From Bacillales bacterium (GTDB lineage: Bacteria > Bacillota_I > Bacilli_A > RF39 > UBA660): a stretch of 64,000 nucleotides of DNA. The stretch covers positions 1,691-65,690 of the forward strand of contig JAEEKI010000011.1 in NCBI GenBank assembly GCA_016282375.1, given 5' to 3'. Under the pieces are notes generated by a model. The model did not search any database. It was not told where the DNA came from and saw nothing but the letters and a program-made list of their open reading frames with translations. Positions within the stretch are counted from its first letter, which is position 1; each line of letters starts with the position of its first letter. The position numbers and the translations under genes were made by a program. Positions 32,392 to 43,055 of the stretch are shown piece after piece.

Positions 32392-32673
32392 TTATTTTCC
32401 TAACAAATTAGTTATTGTTTTAATCGTGTTGGTTACGTCACTTGACGAAGACTTTTTAGTTGTCTTTTTAGTACTTTTGGTATTGCTTTTCTTAGTTGTA
32501 GATGATTTCATACTATTATTAATAATGATTTCTCCAAGGCCTTCGGTAATTTTACGAACAGCATTGGGATTATTACTAATAGCTTCTTTGATCTTACCTA
32601 AATCAAGTCCATTAGAACTACTTTTTTTCTTTGTTTCTTTTGTGTCTTCGACTTTAATTATCTTTTTTGTCAT
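32392..32673 (-). CDS. Hypothetical K/S/T-rich small protein
   Basis: GAGG RBS inside the upstream gene end; terminator at 32365-32392. Confidence 0.55.
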   Translation of the reverse strand: MTKKIIKVEDTKETKKKSSSNGLDLGKIKEAISNNPNAVRKITEGLGEIIINNSMKSSTTKKSNTKSTKKTTKKSSSSDVTNTIKTITNLLGK

Positions 32674-33427
32674 TTTCTTCCTCATGATCTTCATGTAGTT
32701 CTGGAATACATCTTCTACATGGTTCAGTTAAATTGTGTTCGTAAGCTTGAGCAACTGTTCCTTCATAAATCTCTTCACTTTGTGAGAAAGCAGGGCAATC
32801 TGGATCAACGTGATACTTTTTACTATGCTTAGCCCAATATACAGTATCGGTTCCATTAACGGCCATAACTTCTTTTTGTGCTTGTTCTAAAGCTTCGGAA
32901 GAAACAGGATTGAAATCATAACTTGAAACACCAGCGATAATTAATGCTACAGAAGCAACTGCTGTTACAATTGTTTTTGACTTTTTGTCTAAGTCTTTGT
33001 TTAATAATACAAAAACGATAATTGGTAAGAAAGCTAAGACAGATAAAATAGTACCTAAATTGTTCCAAATCCAGAATTTTGCTTTATCCTTTTCAGAGAT
33101 TGGATCGATATGATTAGCTTTTTTCCATAAAAGTGAACCCGGAACAAAGAACAATAAATCTAGGATAATAAAGATAATTAAGAATGTTGTTTTATCCATT
33201 TGAGCAAATAAACTAATTTTATCTGTTAATCTTAAGATAGCAATAATTTCACAGGCAATAGCAATTACCCATAGAATAACGGCAAATATTCTTTTGGTTT
33301 TAGCTCTTTGTTCATTATTACCTTGATCTTCTAGTTTAATAATATTGCCCTTAGCATCTTTGCCAAACTTTTCTTTGCTTTTTTCACTTTCTTCTGTAAT
33401 ATTAACAATTTTCTTTTCTTTTGCCAC
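32654..33427 (-). CDS. Hypothetical membrane protein with C-terminal Cys/His metal-binding-like motif
   Basis: Four TM segments; KKYH..DCP...PCRRC. Confidence 0.7.
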   Translation of the reverse strand: MAKEKKIVNITEESEKSKEKFGKDAKGNIIKLEDQGNNEQRAKTKRIFAVILWVIAIACEIIAILRLTDKISLFAQMDKTTFLIIFIILDLLFFVPGSLLWKKANHIDPISEKDKAKFWIWNNLGTILSVLAFLPIIVFVLLNKDLDKKSKTIVTAVASVALIIAGVSSYDFNPVSSEALEQAQKEVMAVNGTDTVYWAKHSKKYHVDPDCPAFSQSEEIYEGTVAQAYEHNLTEPCRRCIPELHEDHEEENDKKDN

Positions 33428-33733
33428 GATAAACTCCTTTCTCCACTAATATAGCATACTTTAGAAAAAAAAACTATTTTTTTTAGACAATAATGATAAA
33501 AAAATGACATTATATCACATTATTTTTATAAGTCAATCCATTAAATAAAAAAATACATAATTCGACATTTTTGGTTTACTATTGTCATCAATAGTGGTAA
33601 TATTGTTATAGTAGAGTTGTAGGGTAGAAAATATCTGACTTTACTAAAGTTTTAGGACTACCTAATACTGTGGGAACGGGTATCTAGGTTGTTTTTCGTT
33701 CCCAAGTTTAATAAAGATGGGAGGTGGAAACGA

Positions 33734-34279
33734 ATGAGTAGCAAAAAAAGAACTTACATTGTAGTAGCTGTATTATTAGCAGTAGTAGCATTAGGTATAG
33801 GTTATGCCTCAACAACTGCTTTATTGAACATTACTGGTAATGCAACTGCTGTACAAAGCTCAGGGGCACAAGTAGAGTTTACTGGTACTCCAACTGCTTC
33901 CGGTGGTGAGACTTCAGGTACTAGTGCTTCAATCGATGGCACTGATAGTACTATTGGTATATGTAACGTTGCTCTAAAGACTAAGAATCAAGAAGCAACT
34001 TGTACATTTACGATATCAAGAAAGTCAACTATGGATGCAGGTGTTAATGTTACTAGTTTAACTGCTAGTGTTTATTCTGATTCTTCAATGCAAACAGCAT
34101 GGAGTTCAAGTAATGAATGGTTTACTATTACTCCATCATTTGCTGCAACATCACTTGCTAGTGGTGAAACTACAACACTTACAGTTACTGTACAATTAAA
34201 GAAAGCTAATTTAACAGGTGCAGATGTTAGCCAAAACTTCTATATTAAAGTTTCTGGCGATGCAGCTGTTGCTAGTTAA
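33734..34279 (+). CDS. Secreted beta-rich protein with SipW-type signal (IGYA), candidate major fibre subunit
   Basis: Signal-like N-terminus ending GIGYAS; S/T-rich; first gene before sipW. Confidence 0.7.
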   Translation: MSSKKRTYIVVAVLLAVVALGIGYASTTALLNITGNATAVQSSGAQVEFTGTPTASGGETSGTSASIDGTDSTIGICNVALKTKNQEATCTFTISRKSTMDAGVNVTSLTASVYSDSSMQTAWSSSNEWFTITPSFAATSLASGETTTLTVTVQLKKANLTGADVSQNFYIKVSGDAAVAS

Positions 34280-34316
34280 TAGAACGTAAGCAATAAATAA
34301 TCATAGGAAGGTAGCA

Positions 34317-35465
34317 ATGAAAAAAGATAAAATTAAATTATACTTTTTGGAAATAATACTTTTTGCGGTATTATTTATTGCTCTCTTTGTATCAACTAGT
34401 ACGTCACGGATTGTTTTATCAATAATATTGCTTATTTTTGCTGTTTTAGTTAAGACTTTTCTTAAAAAAGACAAAATTATAAATTATTTATCTAAAGAAG
34501 TTACTTTCTTAATGGCAGGTATGGGGCTTCTATATGTCGGTATCTTTTATCTTTTTGGATATATAGCATATAGTTTTACTCAACAAATTATTACCTTTAG
34601 TTTAGGAACTTTCGTAAGATATATAATGCCACTATCAATCATTATTGTTTCTTCAGAAATAATAAGATTTGGCTTTTTATCACAGGATGGTAAAATTAGA
34701 ATTCATAATTCTAATCGTGATTATGCTAAAGCACTGACCATTATTAATATGATACTCATTGATTTAATTGTATATATCAATGTTTATGATATTCATCGTT
34801 TAGATGGATTTCTTGCATTAATTGGTTTTGTTGCTTTTGCATCGGTATCGAGTAATTTGTTTTATAACTATTACTCTAAAAGGTTTGGAATAATAGGTAT
34901 TATTGTATATCGACTAATTACGGTTTTATACGTATATATTATTCCGTTTGTTCCTAACATGTATATTTATTTCCGATCTTTTTTAAGAATGGTTTATCCT
35001 TATGTTATGTATCTAGTCATGGAAAGTTCTTATAGTAAAACGACTTTTGTTAAATCATACAGTGCTAGAAGAAAAGATGCTTTTGTTATCTCTGGTTTGG
35101 TAGCCTTCATGGTATTATTTACAATGTTAATATCTTGTAATTTTAGATATGGAATCATTGTAGTAGGTTCAGGAAGTATGACCGGAGCAATTGATAAAGG
35201 TGATGCTACGATATATGAAGCATATAGTGGTCAAAAGATTAAAACAGGCGATATTATTATTTTTGAGCACAATGGTGCAAGAAAAATACACCGTGTTGTT
35301 GAGACAAAAAACGTTAATGGAGAAGTGCGATACTACACCAAGGGTGATGCCAACTCCATGAACGATTCGGAATATCGTACAAGAGGCGATATTATTGGTA
35401 TAAGTAGGTTAAATATTAAATATATAGGGATTCCTACTTTATGGTTAAATGAGTTATTTAATTAA
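34317..35465 (+). CDS. sipW: SipW-like (S26B) signal peptidase fused to an N-terminal multi-TM domain
   Basis: VGSGSMTGAI..GD, IHRV, TKGDAN (Ser-His, ER-type). Confidence 0.85.
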   Translation: MKKDKIKLYFLEIILFAVLFIALFVSTSTSRIVLSIILLIFAVLVKTFLKKDKIINYLSKEVTFLMAGMGLLYVGIFYLFGYIAYSFTQQIITFSLGTFVRYIMPLSIIIVSSEIIRFGFLSQDGKIRIHNSNRDYAKALTIINMILIDLIVYINVYDIHRLDGFLALIGFVAFASVSSNLFYNYYSKRFGIIGIIVYRLITVLYVYIIPFVPNMYIYFRSFLRMVYPYVMYLVMESSYSKTTFVKSYSARRKDAFVISGLVAFMVLFTMLISCNFRYGIIVVGSGSMTGAIDKGDATIYEAYSGQKIKTGDIIIFEHNGARKIHRVVETKNVNGEVRYYTKGDANSMNDSEYRTRGDIIGISRLNIKYIGIPTLWLNELFN

Positions 35466-35493
35466 GTTATAAAAAAGGGAAAGGAGATACGAG

Positions 35494-36588
35494 ATGAAAA
35501 AAAATCAAGTTGATGATTTTTTTAGTAATGATGCGAAACGCAGAAATACAATCATTATATATGTTTGTGTAATTTCATTTATTTTTATCGTATCTTTATT
35601 CTTCCTTTTGTTATATATAAATAAAAGTCATGTTCAATATGTTAAGTATAGTGAATCAAGCACCGTTGATTATGATGTATATTTAAAAGAAAATGATTTT
35701 TTTGACAATAAAGTAATGCCTAAGAATAATCAATATATTAGTGAGTTAATTGATTATATTAGAGCTAATTTTAAATATGATTTATCGTTAAAGAATCTTA
35801 ATGTTGATTATCAATATTCTTATCGTATTGAGGCCAATGTTATTGTATCTGATCAAGTTACCAAAAAGACTTTATATGAATATGACGAAACACTATTAGA
35901 CACTCAAACCTTTAATACTAATGATGTTAATGTATCAATTAATGAATTAGTTAATATTGATTATAATAAATACAATGATTTGATTTTAGACTTTGTTTCA
36001 TTATATGATCTTAGTGAAGTAGATAGCATGTTATATGTTAAATTATATGTTGATGTTAAAGGGTCTTGTGATTCAGAAAGCGAAAATACAAGTAATGAAT
36101 CTGTCACGACATTAGAAATACCTTTAACATATAAAACAATGTCTATTGATATCGTTGATAATTTGGTTAACAATGATGACAATGTCATGATTTGTAGCAA
36201 ACCATTACCAATTAATTTTATGTTTGCTGTTATTAGTGGTTTAGCTTTCTTACTCGACATAATATTATTAATTGATATGTTATGTTACATTAGAAAGACA
36301 CGCAGTGCTAAGACCCTTTATGAAAAAGAATTAAAGAGAATCTTAAATAATTATCGTTCTTATATTCAAAAGGTAAATAATAAATTTACATTAACAGGTT
36401 ATCAAGTTTTAAAAGTTGATAATTTTACAGATATGCTTGAGATACGTGATACAACTAATCAACCGATATTAATGGTTGAAAACGGTACCAAGAATAGCGC
36501 ATATTTTGTTATACCAACGAGTACTAAATTACTTTATACATATTGTATAAAAGTAAGCGATATGAAAAAAGATATAAACGAAAAATAA
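35494..36588 (+). CDS. DUF5305-like membrane protein
   Basis: Two TM segments flanking a large extracellular domain (YDVYLKENDFF); adjacent to sipW. Confidence 0.6.
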   Translation: MKKNQVDDFFSNDAKRRNTIIIYVCVISFIFIVSLFFLLLYINKSHVQYVKYSESSTVDYDVYLKENDFFDNKVMPKNNQYISELIDYIRANFKYDLSLKNLNVDYQYSYRIEANVIVSDQVTKKTLYEYDETLLDTQTFNTNDVNVSINELVNIDYNKYNDLILDFVSLYDLSEVDSMLYVKLYVDVKGSCDSESENTSNESVTTLEIPLTYKTMSIDIVDNLVNNDDNVMICSKPLPINFMFAVISGLAFLLDIILLIDMLCYIRKTRSAKTLYEKELKRILNNYRSYIQKVNNKFTLTGYQVLKVDNFTDMLEIRDTTNQPILMVENGTKNSAYFVIPTSTKLLYTYCIKVSDMKKDINEK

Positions 36589-36639
36589 TATAAGAATGAC
36601 TTATATTATTTTTATGTTTAGGAATTTAATGGAGTTCTT

Positions 36640-38178
36640 ATGAAACGTAAACAAAAACATGATAATAGAAATAAGATTCTTATTTTGCTAATAATGTTAT
36701 TAGCCACTTTTTTCATGGGAATAGGTTATGCAACAGTAAATATGTTAATGGAAGTAGATGGTAGTGCTCTTGCCATAGTTACGCATACAATGGAAATTAC
36801 TAGTGTTACGATGTCTAATAGTAATAATGCAGTTACCTCTAATTGTGTAATTAATAGTTATTTTAATACTAATTTAAATACCACTATTGAATTAGGTAAT
36901 AATAGTGCAGCTTCGGTTACATATACTATAACGGTATTTAATAATACAGGATCTACGAAAGCTTTTAAGGGTCCGGTACCTTCATATGAAACCCAGAGTA
37001 ATTTCTATTCAAATTCGGGTATTAAATATGAGGTATCAGGTATTACAGTTGGTGAGACTATAGCTAATCAAGCTAGTAAAACCTTTTCGGTAACTTTTTC
37101 TTATGCTAATGGTATTAGTCAAAATAAAGTATTAAATTCTATCTTAGGATTTAATTTTGATGATTATTATACTGTAACGTATGTCGATTTTAATGGTAAT
37201 AATTTACCAAGTATCGTATTTGTAAGCAGTAATAGTATTGTTATAACTACAACTGATACTTTGACTGATGTCACTGTTACAGGAACAGTCGGTAGTTCTA
37301 GTTTTAATCCAACGACGGGACAATTAACCATCAATAATATAACTTCAAATATTACCATAACTGGTATATCTAGTGGCGGAGGAAATGGTGGTACATGGAG
37401 TGAACCAGTTGAAGATGATACTACTTCTTCATATGATCCTTCAAATGTAACTGCAGGAACAACGCAATATAATAATGTTGAAGGTAAACCAAAAGTTACG
37501 GCGGATTCTAATGGTAATATTACTCATTTTGCATTCACTGATACTGGTTCAAATGGTGTTACAATTAATAGTAATTACAATACTGGTGTTATTGCTTTTG
37601 ATGGAAATGGTTTTGAAGTAACATTAAAAGGAAAATTTACTTTTGCAAACTGTACCAAAACAATCTGTCCAATTATTAATGCTTCACAAAAAGTAAATAA
37701 TAAAGTTAATGGGGTGTTAATATATGAGGCACGGTCTACTGGTAATGCATATAATAAGAGCGGTACAAAAGTTGGTACACCATATAACAAATTTAGGTTT
37801 AATAAATACTTGGATAGTAGTGCCACAGGTAGCGATGATTTTAATGTTTTGAGTTTAGTTAATAAATCAGTTGGTAGTGGACGATTTGGGTATAATGCAA
37901 CTACAAATAGCGTTAATCCATATACATTAGTATTTCATCTAATATGTACAAGAAGTGGAACAAGTACAACTTGTGATTCAACAATATATGACTCTGACGG
38001 TACGACAATAATTGCAGTTCCTCATGCTTATATGAAAATTACATTTAGCGATTCAGAACTTGGTTCTGGATTTAACGGATTATCTGTTAAACTAGGTTAT
38101 TTCGAGGCTTCTACCAGTGGTGTTTCTTATACTCATAACTTCCAAGTATTGGAATTTGATGTTCATAAATTAACTTAG
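36640..38178 (+). CDS. Secreted beta-rich surface protein with GIGYA signal
   Basis: MGIGYAT signal, S/T/N-rich multidomain. Confidence 0.75.
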   Translation: MKRKQKHDNRNKILILLIMLLATFFMGIGYATVNMLMEVDGSALAIVTHTMEITSVTMSNSNNAVTSNCVINSYFNTNLNTTIELGNNSAASVTYTITVFNNTGSTKAFKGPVPSYETQSNFYSNSGIKYEVSGITVGETIANQASKTFSVTFSYANGISQNKVLNSILGFNFDDYYTVTYVDFNGNNLPSIVFVSSNSIVITTTDTLTDVTVTGTVGSSSFNPTTGQLTINNITSNITITGISSGGGNGGTWSEPVEDDTTSSYDPSNVTAGTTQYNNVEGKPKVTADSNGNITHFAFTDTGSNGVTINSNYNTGVIAFDGNGFEVTLKGKFTFANCTKTICPIINASQKVNNKVNGVLIYEARSTGNAYNKSGTKVGTPYNKFRFNKYLDSSATGSDDFNVLSLVNKSVGSGRFGYNATTNSVNPYTLVFHLICTRSGTSTTCDSTIYDSDGTTIIAVPHAYMKITFSDSELGSGFNGLSVKLGYFEASTSGVSYTHNFQVLEFDVHKLT

Positions 38179-38282
38179 AAAATAGTAATAAAACCCAGCA
38201 TAACTGGGTTTTTATTTTACACAAAATTGACATTTTTGCGCTTTTGTGGTATATTATTATTCGTAAAAAAGAAGGGGTTTTG

Positions 38283-39329
38283 ATGGAAAAGATTATATCT
38301 TATGGTGAGTTACCATTTACAGATGGACAATCAGTTTATATGCGCATGGAAACTGATCCTAAATTATATATAAACTTAATTTCTAAAGGTTATAAGGTTG
38401 TTAATAACATATATGATGCCGATGCTTCGACTATTTTTATTACCGGTAGAAGACAATTATTAGGTTGTAAAAATGCTGAAGAATATAAAGAAATCGTTGA
38501 TAAAACGATTCAAAGTTTTTTATTAAAAAAGGGTATTGCTAAACCAAGTACGATGAAATTTTCCTTAGATGATTTACTTAATTATAGATATCAATTACCA
38601 TTTGTTTTAAAAAATGAACATCGTAATGGTGGTAAAGAAAAATTCTTAATAGCTAATGAACAAGATTATGAAAACTTAATAAATGCTTGTAATTGTTTAT
38701 TAGATAAGAATTTAATGTATTTAACATCATTAGGTAGCAATAATGCTGCGTGTCAAGTTAACTATGGTGAGTATTTAGAGGATAACTTCTTTGTTCAGGA
38801 GTATATTCCAACACCATCTGATTACAATACAACTGTTCGTCTTTTAACTTCCTCTTCGAATGATTTATTATATGGTGCTTTAAAGTATAATGAACCTGGT
38901 ACTTGTATGGATAATTCAACCTTACTAGAGTACTTACTACGTGATGTATATCCTTTGACCAATAAATCAATTGTTTCCAATACTTTATCGGGTGGGGAAA
39001 ACATCTTAATTGGTGAAGCAAATTATTCTGAATTTGAAAAAGGTTTATTAGCTAGTCATGGTATTCGCAATGAGCAATTTGATGAATTAGTTTCATCAAC
39101 ACAAGCTGTTCACGAAATGTGTCATTCTGAATTAGGATTATTATGTGGTTTTGATTTTATCTATGATATCAATCGTCAAAAGTGGTTTTTACTTGAATAT
39201 CATAGTAAACCAATGGTTGGTGATTATTCTAAAAGACAAGGCCTTGCTTACAATAACAAGGAAGATCGTTTAACGGCTGATGGACGAGTTAGAGCAACGG
39301 CTTTATCTTTAACATTAAAAAAACGATAG
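38283..39329 (+). CDS. ATP-grasp (RimK-like) ligase domain protein
   Basis: PFVLK...GGKEKFL, FVQEYI, GFDFI..WFLLEYH.KP. Confidence 0.65.
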   Translation: MEKIISYGELPFTDGQSVYMRMETDPKLYINLISKGYKVVNNIYDADASTIFITGRRQLLGCKNAEEYKEIVDKTIQSFLLKKGIAKPSTMKFSLDDLLNYRYQLPFVLKNEHRNGGKEKFLIANEQDYENLINACNCLLDKNLMYLTSLGSNNAACQVNYGEYLEDNFFVQEYIPTPSDYNTTVRLLTSSSNDLLYGALKYNEPGTCMDNSTLLEYLLRDVYPLTNKSIVSNTLSGGENILIGEANYSEFEKGLLASHGIRNEQFDELVSSTQAVHEMCHSELGLLCGFDFIYDINRQKWFLLEYHSKPMVGDYSKRQGLAYNNKEDRLTADGRVRATALSLTLKKR

Positions 39330-39371
39330 AAAAAAGGTTAATCCAAAATATAGAATGGATTAACCTTTTTT
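39330..39371. terminator. Bidirectional terminator, 16-bp perfect stem overlapping the end of the minus-strand gene
   Basis: aaaaaaggttaatcca / tggattaacctttttt. Confidence 0.8.
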
Positions 39372-40324
39372 AATACTCTTTGTCTTTTTTCTTTAAAAGT
39401 TCTTTCACGATTACTTCTTCTTCGTTCAGGGTCATCTTGTAACATAATAAATGTTTTTAACATTCGATTACGAACAATTGGGTCTTGAGGTACTACTGAA
39501 CGTCCAAATATGGTTGATGCGGTTGGAAATAATTGTGCAAATACATCAGCGTAATCAGTTAATTCAATTGGAGACATATTCGCTGTATTTTCATATAAGT
39601 CACCATATATTAAACCTAATGCATACTTTTTATAGTAAGCTATTTGGTAGTCATCATCGCAAATATCATCAAGTTCATTAAGAGGATCTATACCGTGACT
39701 AAAATAACGCCAAGTCATGCTTAGAGCATCATCATCACTATAACCATTACTGATATAATGATTATATATATTACAAATGATACGACGTAGTTTTTGATTG
39801 ATGGTATAAATATCATATTGATCACTAGGGTAAACCAAATTGATGAAACGATCAACAGCGTAATAATTACCATCTTCTTTGATTAGTTCTTTATTGTCAT
39901 TATATTTTTTATTATGGGCAGTATTGCTGTAAAAAGAACTTAAGATACTCTTACCAAATTTGCCATTTTCATAGAATAACTTAACTAATTCTTCGATAGA
40001 ACAATTAGCTAATGCCTTTAAAATAGGTTTATCTTTTTCATTATCGTAGTGGTTAATATAGTAATGTGAAGATAAAAAAGCAACTAAACGATTAATGTCT
40101 AATCCTTCATCAATTTGAATTAGGAAGTCGTAAATATAATTCATTAATTCATCAGTAAAGATCTGTTGCTCATATTTGCGAAGAAAAATATCATCTTTAA
40201 ACATATTGCCTTTTTCATCAGCATCAATATTTACTACTTCATTTTCACTAACATTATAGTTGTCTATTAATAAATATCGAAATTGTTCTTTTAATATTTC
40301 CATTAAATAATTTTCATATTCCAT
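39338..40324 (-). CDS. Hypothetical acidic protein with basic C-tail (RVLKK)
   Basis: Long ORF with AGGTG RBS; no family recognised. Confidence 0.75.
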   Translation of the reverse strand: MEYENYLMEILKEQFRYLLIDNYNVSENEVVNIDADEKGNMFKDDIFLRKYEQQIFTDELMNYIYDFLIQIDEGLDINRLVAFLSSHYYINHYDNEKDKPILKALANCSIEELVKLFYENGKFGKSILSSFYSNTAHNKKYNDNKELIKEDGNYYAVDRFINLVYPSDQYDIYTINQKLRRIICNIYNHYISNGYSDDDALSMTWRYFSHGIDPLNELDDICDDDYQIAYYKKYALGLIYGDLYENTANMSPIELTDYADVFAQLFPTASTIFGRSVVPQDPIVRNRMLKTFIMLQDDPERRRSNRERTFKEKRQRVLKKVNPFYILD

Positions 40325-40452
40325 ATAATTCACCTGTTTGCGACATATTATAATGAATTATTTCTAAAAAATAAAGTAGAAATTATCAATAAGGGAAATT
40401 TAATAATTTATGATATAATATAAATATAATAACAAGAGTAATGGAGGATAAT

Positions 40453-43053
40453 ATGTTTTATAATGAAGATATTAAAAAGATATATGAAAAGTTGAATTCA
40501 ACCTCTAAAGGATTAAGTAATAGCGAAGCCCTTAAACGGTTAGAAATAGATGGTAAAAATATTCTTCCTAAAGAAAAACGTCCAAGCATTTGGATGCTTT
40601 ATTTAAAAGAGATTATATCTCCGATTGAAATTATTCTGATAATTACAGTTATTGTGTCTTTTTTTGCAGGTGAAACACTTGATGCTCTAGTTATTCTCTT
40701 TATTATTCTAGTTGATACAATTATGGGAACATATCAAGAGAATAAAGCCCTAAAATCGGCTGAAAGTTTAAATAGTTTATTAAAAAATAAGAGTTTGGTT
40801 TTGCGGGACGAAAAAAAGAAAACCATCGACTCTGAAAATGTTGTTCTAGGCGATATTATTTTCCTAGAAAGTGGAGATAAGATTCCCGCAGATGCTAGAT
40901 TAATTGAAGTAAATAACTTACAAGTTGATGAATCGGTTTTAACAGGGGAAAGTTTGCCGGTCAATAAGACTATCGAGATTATTAATAGTGAAGTGTCAAT
41001 ATCAGAACGTAAAAATATGGTATATGCTGGTTGTAATGTTACATTTGGTCGGGCAAAAGCTATTGTCGTAGCAACGGGAATTAATACTGAGATTGGTAAA
41101 ATTTTTAAGCAAGTTACGAATACTAAGCAAGAAAAAACTCCTTTGACTAAGAAGATAGATAAGTTTACAAAACAAATAAGTGTTATTATTCTAATTATTG
41201 CTTTTATATCCACTATTATCCTTTATGTTAGTGGTTATCCATTTAATAGCATTTTCTTAGCGGTGGTAGCTTTGGCCATTTCCGCGATGCCGGAAGGATT
41301 ACCACTTGCTTTAACTTTGGCATTGACAATTGCAGCAAATAAAATGAGTAAAAAGCATGTTATTGTCAAAAAACTTAATTCTGTCGAAGCCTTGGGAAGT
41401 TGTACGGTAATTGCTAGTGATAAGACAGGTACTTTAACACTTAATGAACAAACGGCTCGTAAGATTGTTTTAAAAAATCAGAATATTGTCGAAGTAACAG
41501 GAACTGGTTATAACGATGATGGTGAGTTAATCATTAATGATGAAAAAGATGTTCCATTAGTTACTAAAATAATTAATTTATGTGCCCTAAATAACGAAGC
41601 TTATTTTGCTCGTAAGGAAGACGAATTTGTTTATCATGGTGATTCGATTGATGTGGCATTCTTAGCCTTAAAATCTAAATTTAATACAAATATTAATTAT
41701 AAAACAGTTAAAATGATTTCCTATGAGTCTGAAAAACAATTTTCAGCGGTCTTTTATAAAACAGAAAAAGGTTTAAAATGCACAGTTAAAGGCTCAATTG
41801 AAAAAGTTATGAGTTTTTCAAAGAAAGATCATTATTTATTTGAAATGAATGAAGATTTATCTAAAGAAGGTTATCGGGTCATTGCTGTTTGTGATGGATA
41901 TGTAGATAGCACGAAAGAAAGTGATATTCATGATTTGGATTTTTTAGGCTTAGTAGCTTTTATAGACCCTGTACGGGAAGAAGTAAAAGATTCAATTAAA
42001 GAATGTCAAAAAGCTGGTATTAAAGTTATGATGATAACCGGTGATCATCCAAGTACGGCTTTAGCAATTGCTAAAGAATTGGATATAGCTTCCTCTGCAA
42101 AAGATGTTATAACAGGTATGGAATTAGAGAATGCCTTTGAAAAAGGGGAAGAATATTTTGATAAGTGCATTAAAGATAAAAAGGTCTTTTCTAGAGTTTC
42201 TCCGACTGATAAGTTAAATATTGTCGAGTCTTTGAAAAGAAACGGGGAATTTGTTGCCGTAACAGGTGATGGTGTTAATGATGCTCCAGCTATCAAGGCA
42301 GCAAATATTGGTGTTGCTATGGGAAGTGGAACCGATATTGCTATTGATACGGCTGATATGATTATTACAGATGATAATTTTGCATCCATTGTATCTGGTG
42401 TCAAAGAAGGAAGAATTGCTTATGCTAATATCCGTAAAATTATTTTGTTCTTGCTTTCATGTGGACTTGCGGAAATCCTGTTCTATCTTTTAGCTGTGGC
42501 TCTTGGTTATGAATTACCTTTAGTAGCTATTCAGCTTTTATGGCTAAATGTTGTTACGGATGGACTTCAAGATATTGCTTTATCTTTTGAACGGGGTAGT
42601 AAGGGAATTATGCGTCATTCTCCTCGTAAGACTAGCGAATCTATTTTTGATAAAGAATTAGCCTTTGAAATAGCTTTGTATGGTATTACAATTGCTTTCA
42701 TGGTATTTGCGGTATGGAAATATCTAATGGATAAGAACGTCGAGTTGTTATTAGCTCGAAGTATTATTATGACTATTATGGTTTTTATTCAAAATATGCA
42801 TGTTTTGAATTGTCGCAGTGAAACAAGAAGTGTTTTTAAACAATCATTAAGAAATAATCCGTTAATTTTTATATCTGTGTTTGGATCCATTCTATTACAG
42901 ATAATTGTTATCAAAGTACCATTTTTATCCGAAATATTAAAAATAAATAATTTAGCATTGAACACTATTGCTATTTGCTTTGTTTATTCATTAGTCTTAA
43001 TAACTATTGCGGAATTATACAAGATGCTAAATAAGTATTTTAGAAAGGATTAA
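40453..43053 (+). CDS. P2A-type cation-transporting P-type ATPase
   Basis: TGES, PEGL, DKTGTLT, TGDGVNDAP, LWLNVVTD. Confidence 0.95.
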   Translation: MFYNEDIKKIYEKLNSTSKGLSNSEALKRLEIDGKNILPKEKRPSIWMLYLKEIISPIEIILIITVIVSFFAGETLDALVILFIILVDTIMGTYQENKALKSAESLNSLLKNKSLVLRDEKKKTIDSENVVLGDIIFLESGDKIPADARLIEVNNLQVDESVLTGESLPVNKTIEIINSEVSISERKNMVYAGCNVTFGRAKAIVVATGINTEIGKIFKQVTNTKQEKTPLTKKIDKFTKQISVIILIIAFISTIILYVSGYPFNSIFLAVVALAISAMPEGLPLALTLALTIAANKMSKKHVIVKKLNSVEALGSCTVIASDKTGTLTLNEQTARKIVLKNQNIVEVTGTGYNDDGELIINDEKDVPLVTKIINLCALNNEAYFARKEDEFVYHGDSIDVAFLALKSKFNTNINYKTVKMISYESEKQFSAVFYKTEKGLKCTVKGSIEKVMSFSKKDHYLFEMNEDLSKEGYRVIAVCDGYVDSTKESDIHDLDFLGLVAFIDPVREEVKDSIKECQKAGIKVMMITGDHPSTALAIAKELDIASSAKDVITGMELENAFEKGEEYFDKCIKDKKVFSRVSPTDKLNIVESLKRNGEFVAVTGDGVNDAPAIKAANIGVAMGSGTDIAIDTADMIITDDNFASIVSGVKEGRIAYANIRKIILFLLSCGLAEILFYLLAVALGYELPLVAIQLLWLNVVTDGLQDIALSFERGSKGIMRHSPRKTSESIFDKELAFEIALYGITIAFMVFAVWKYLMDKNVELLLARSIIMTIMVFIQNMHVLNCRSETRSVFKQSLRNNPLIFISVFGSILLQIIVIKVPFLSEILKINNLALNTIAICFVYSLVLITIAELYKMLNKYFRKD

Positions 43054-43055
43054 TT

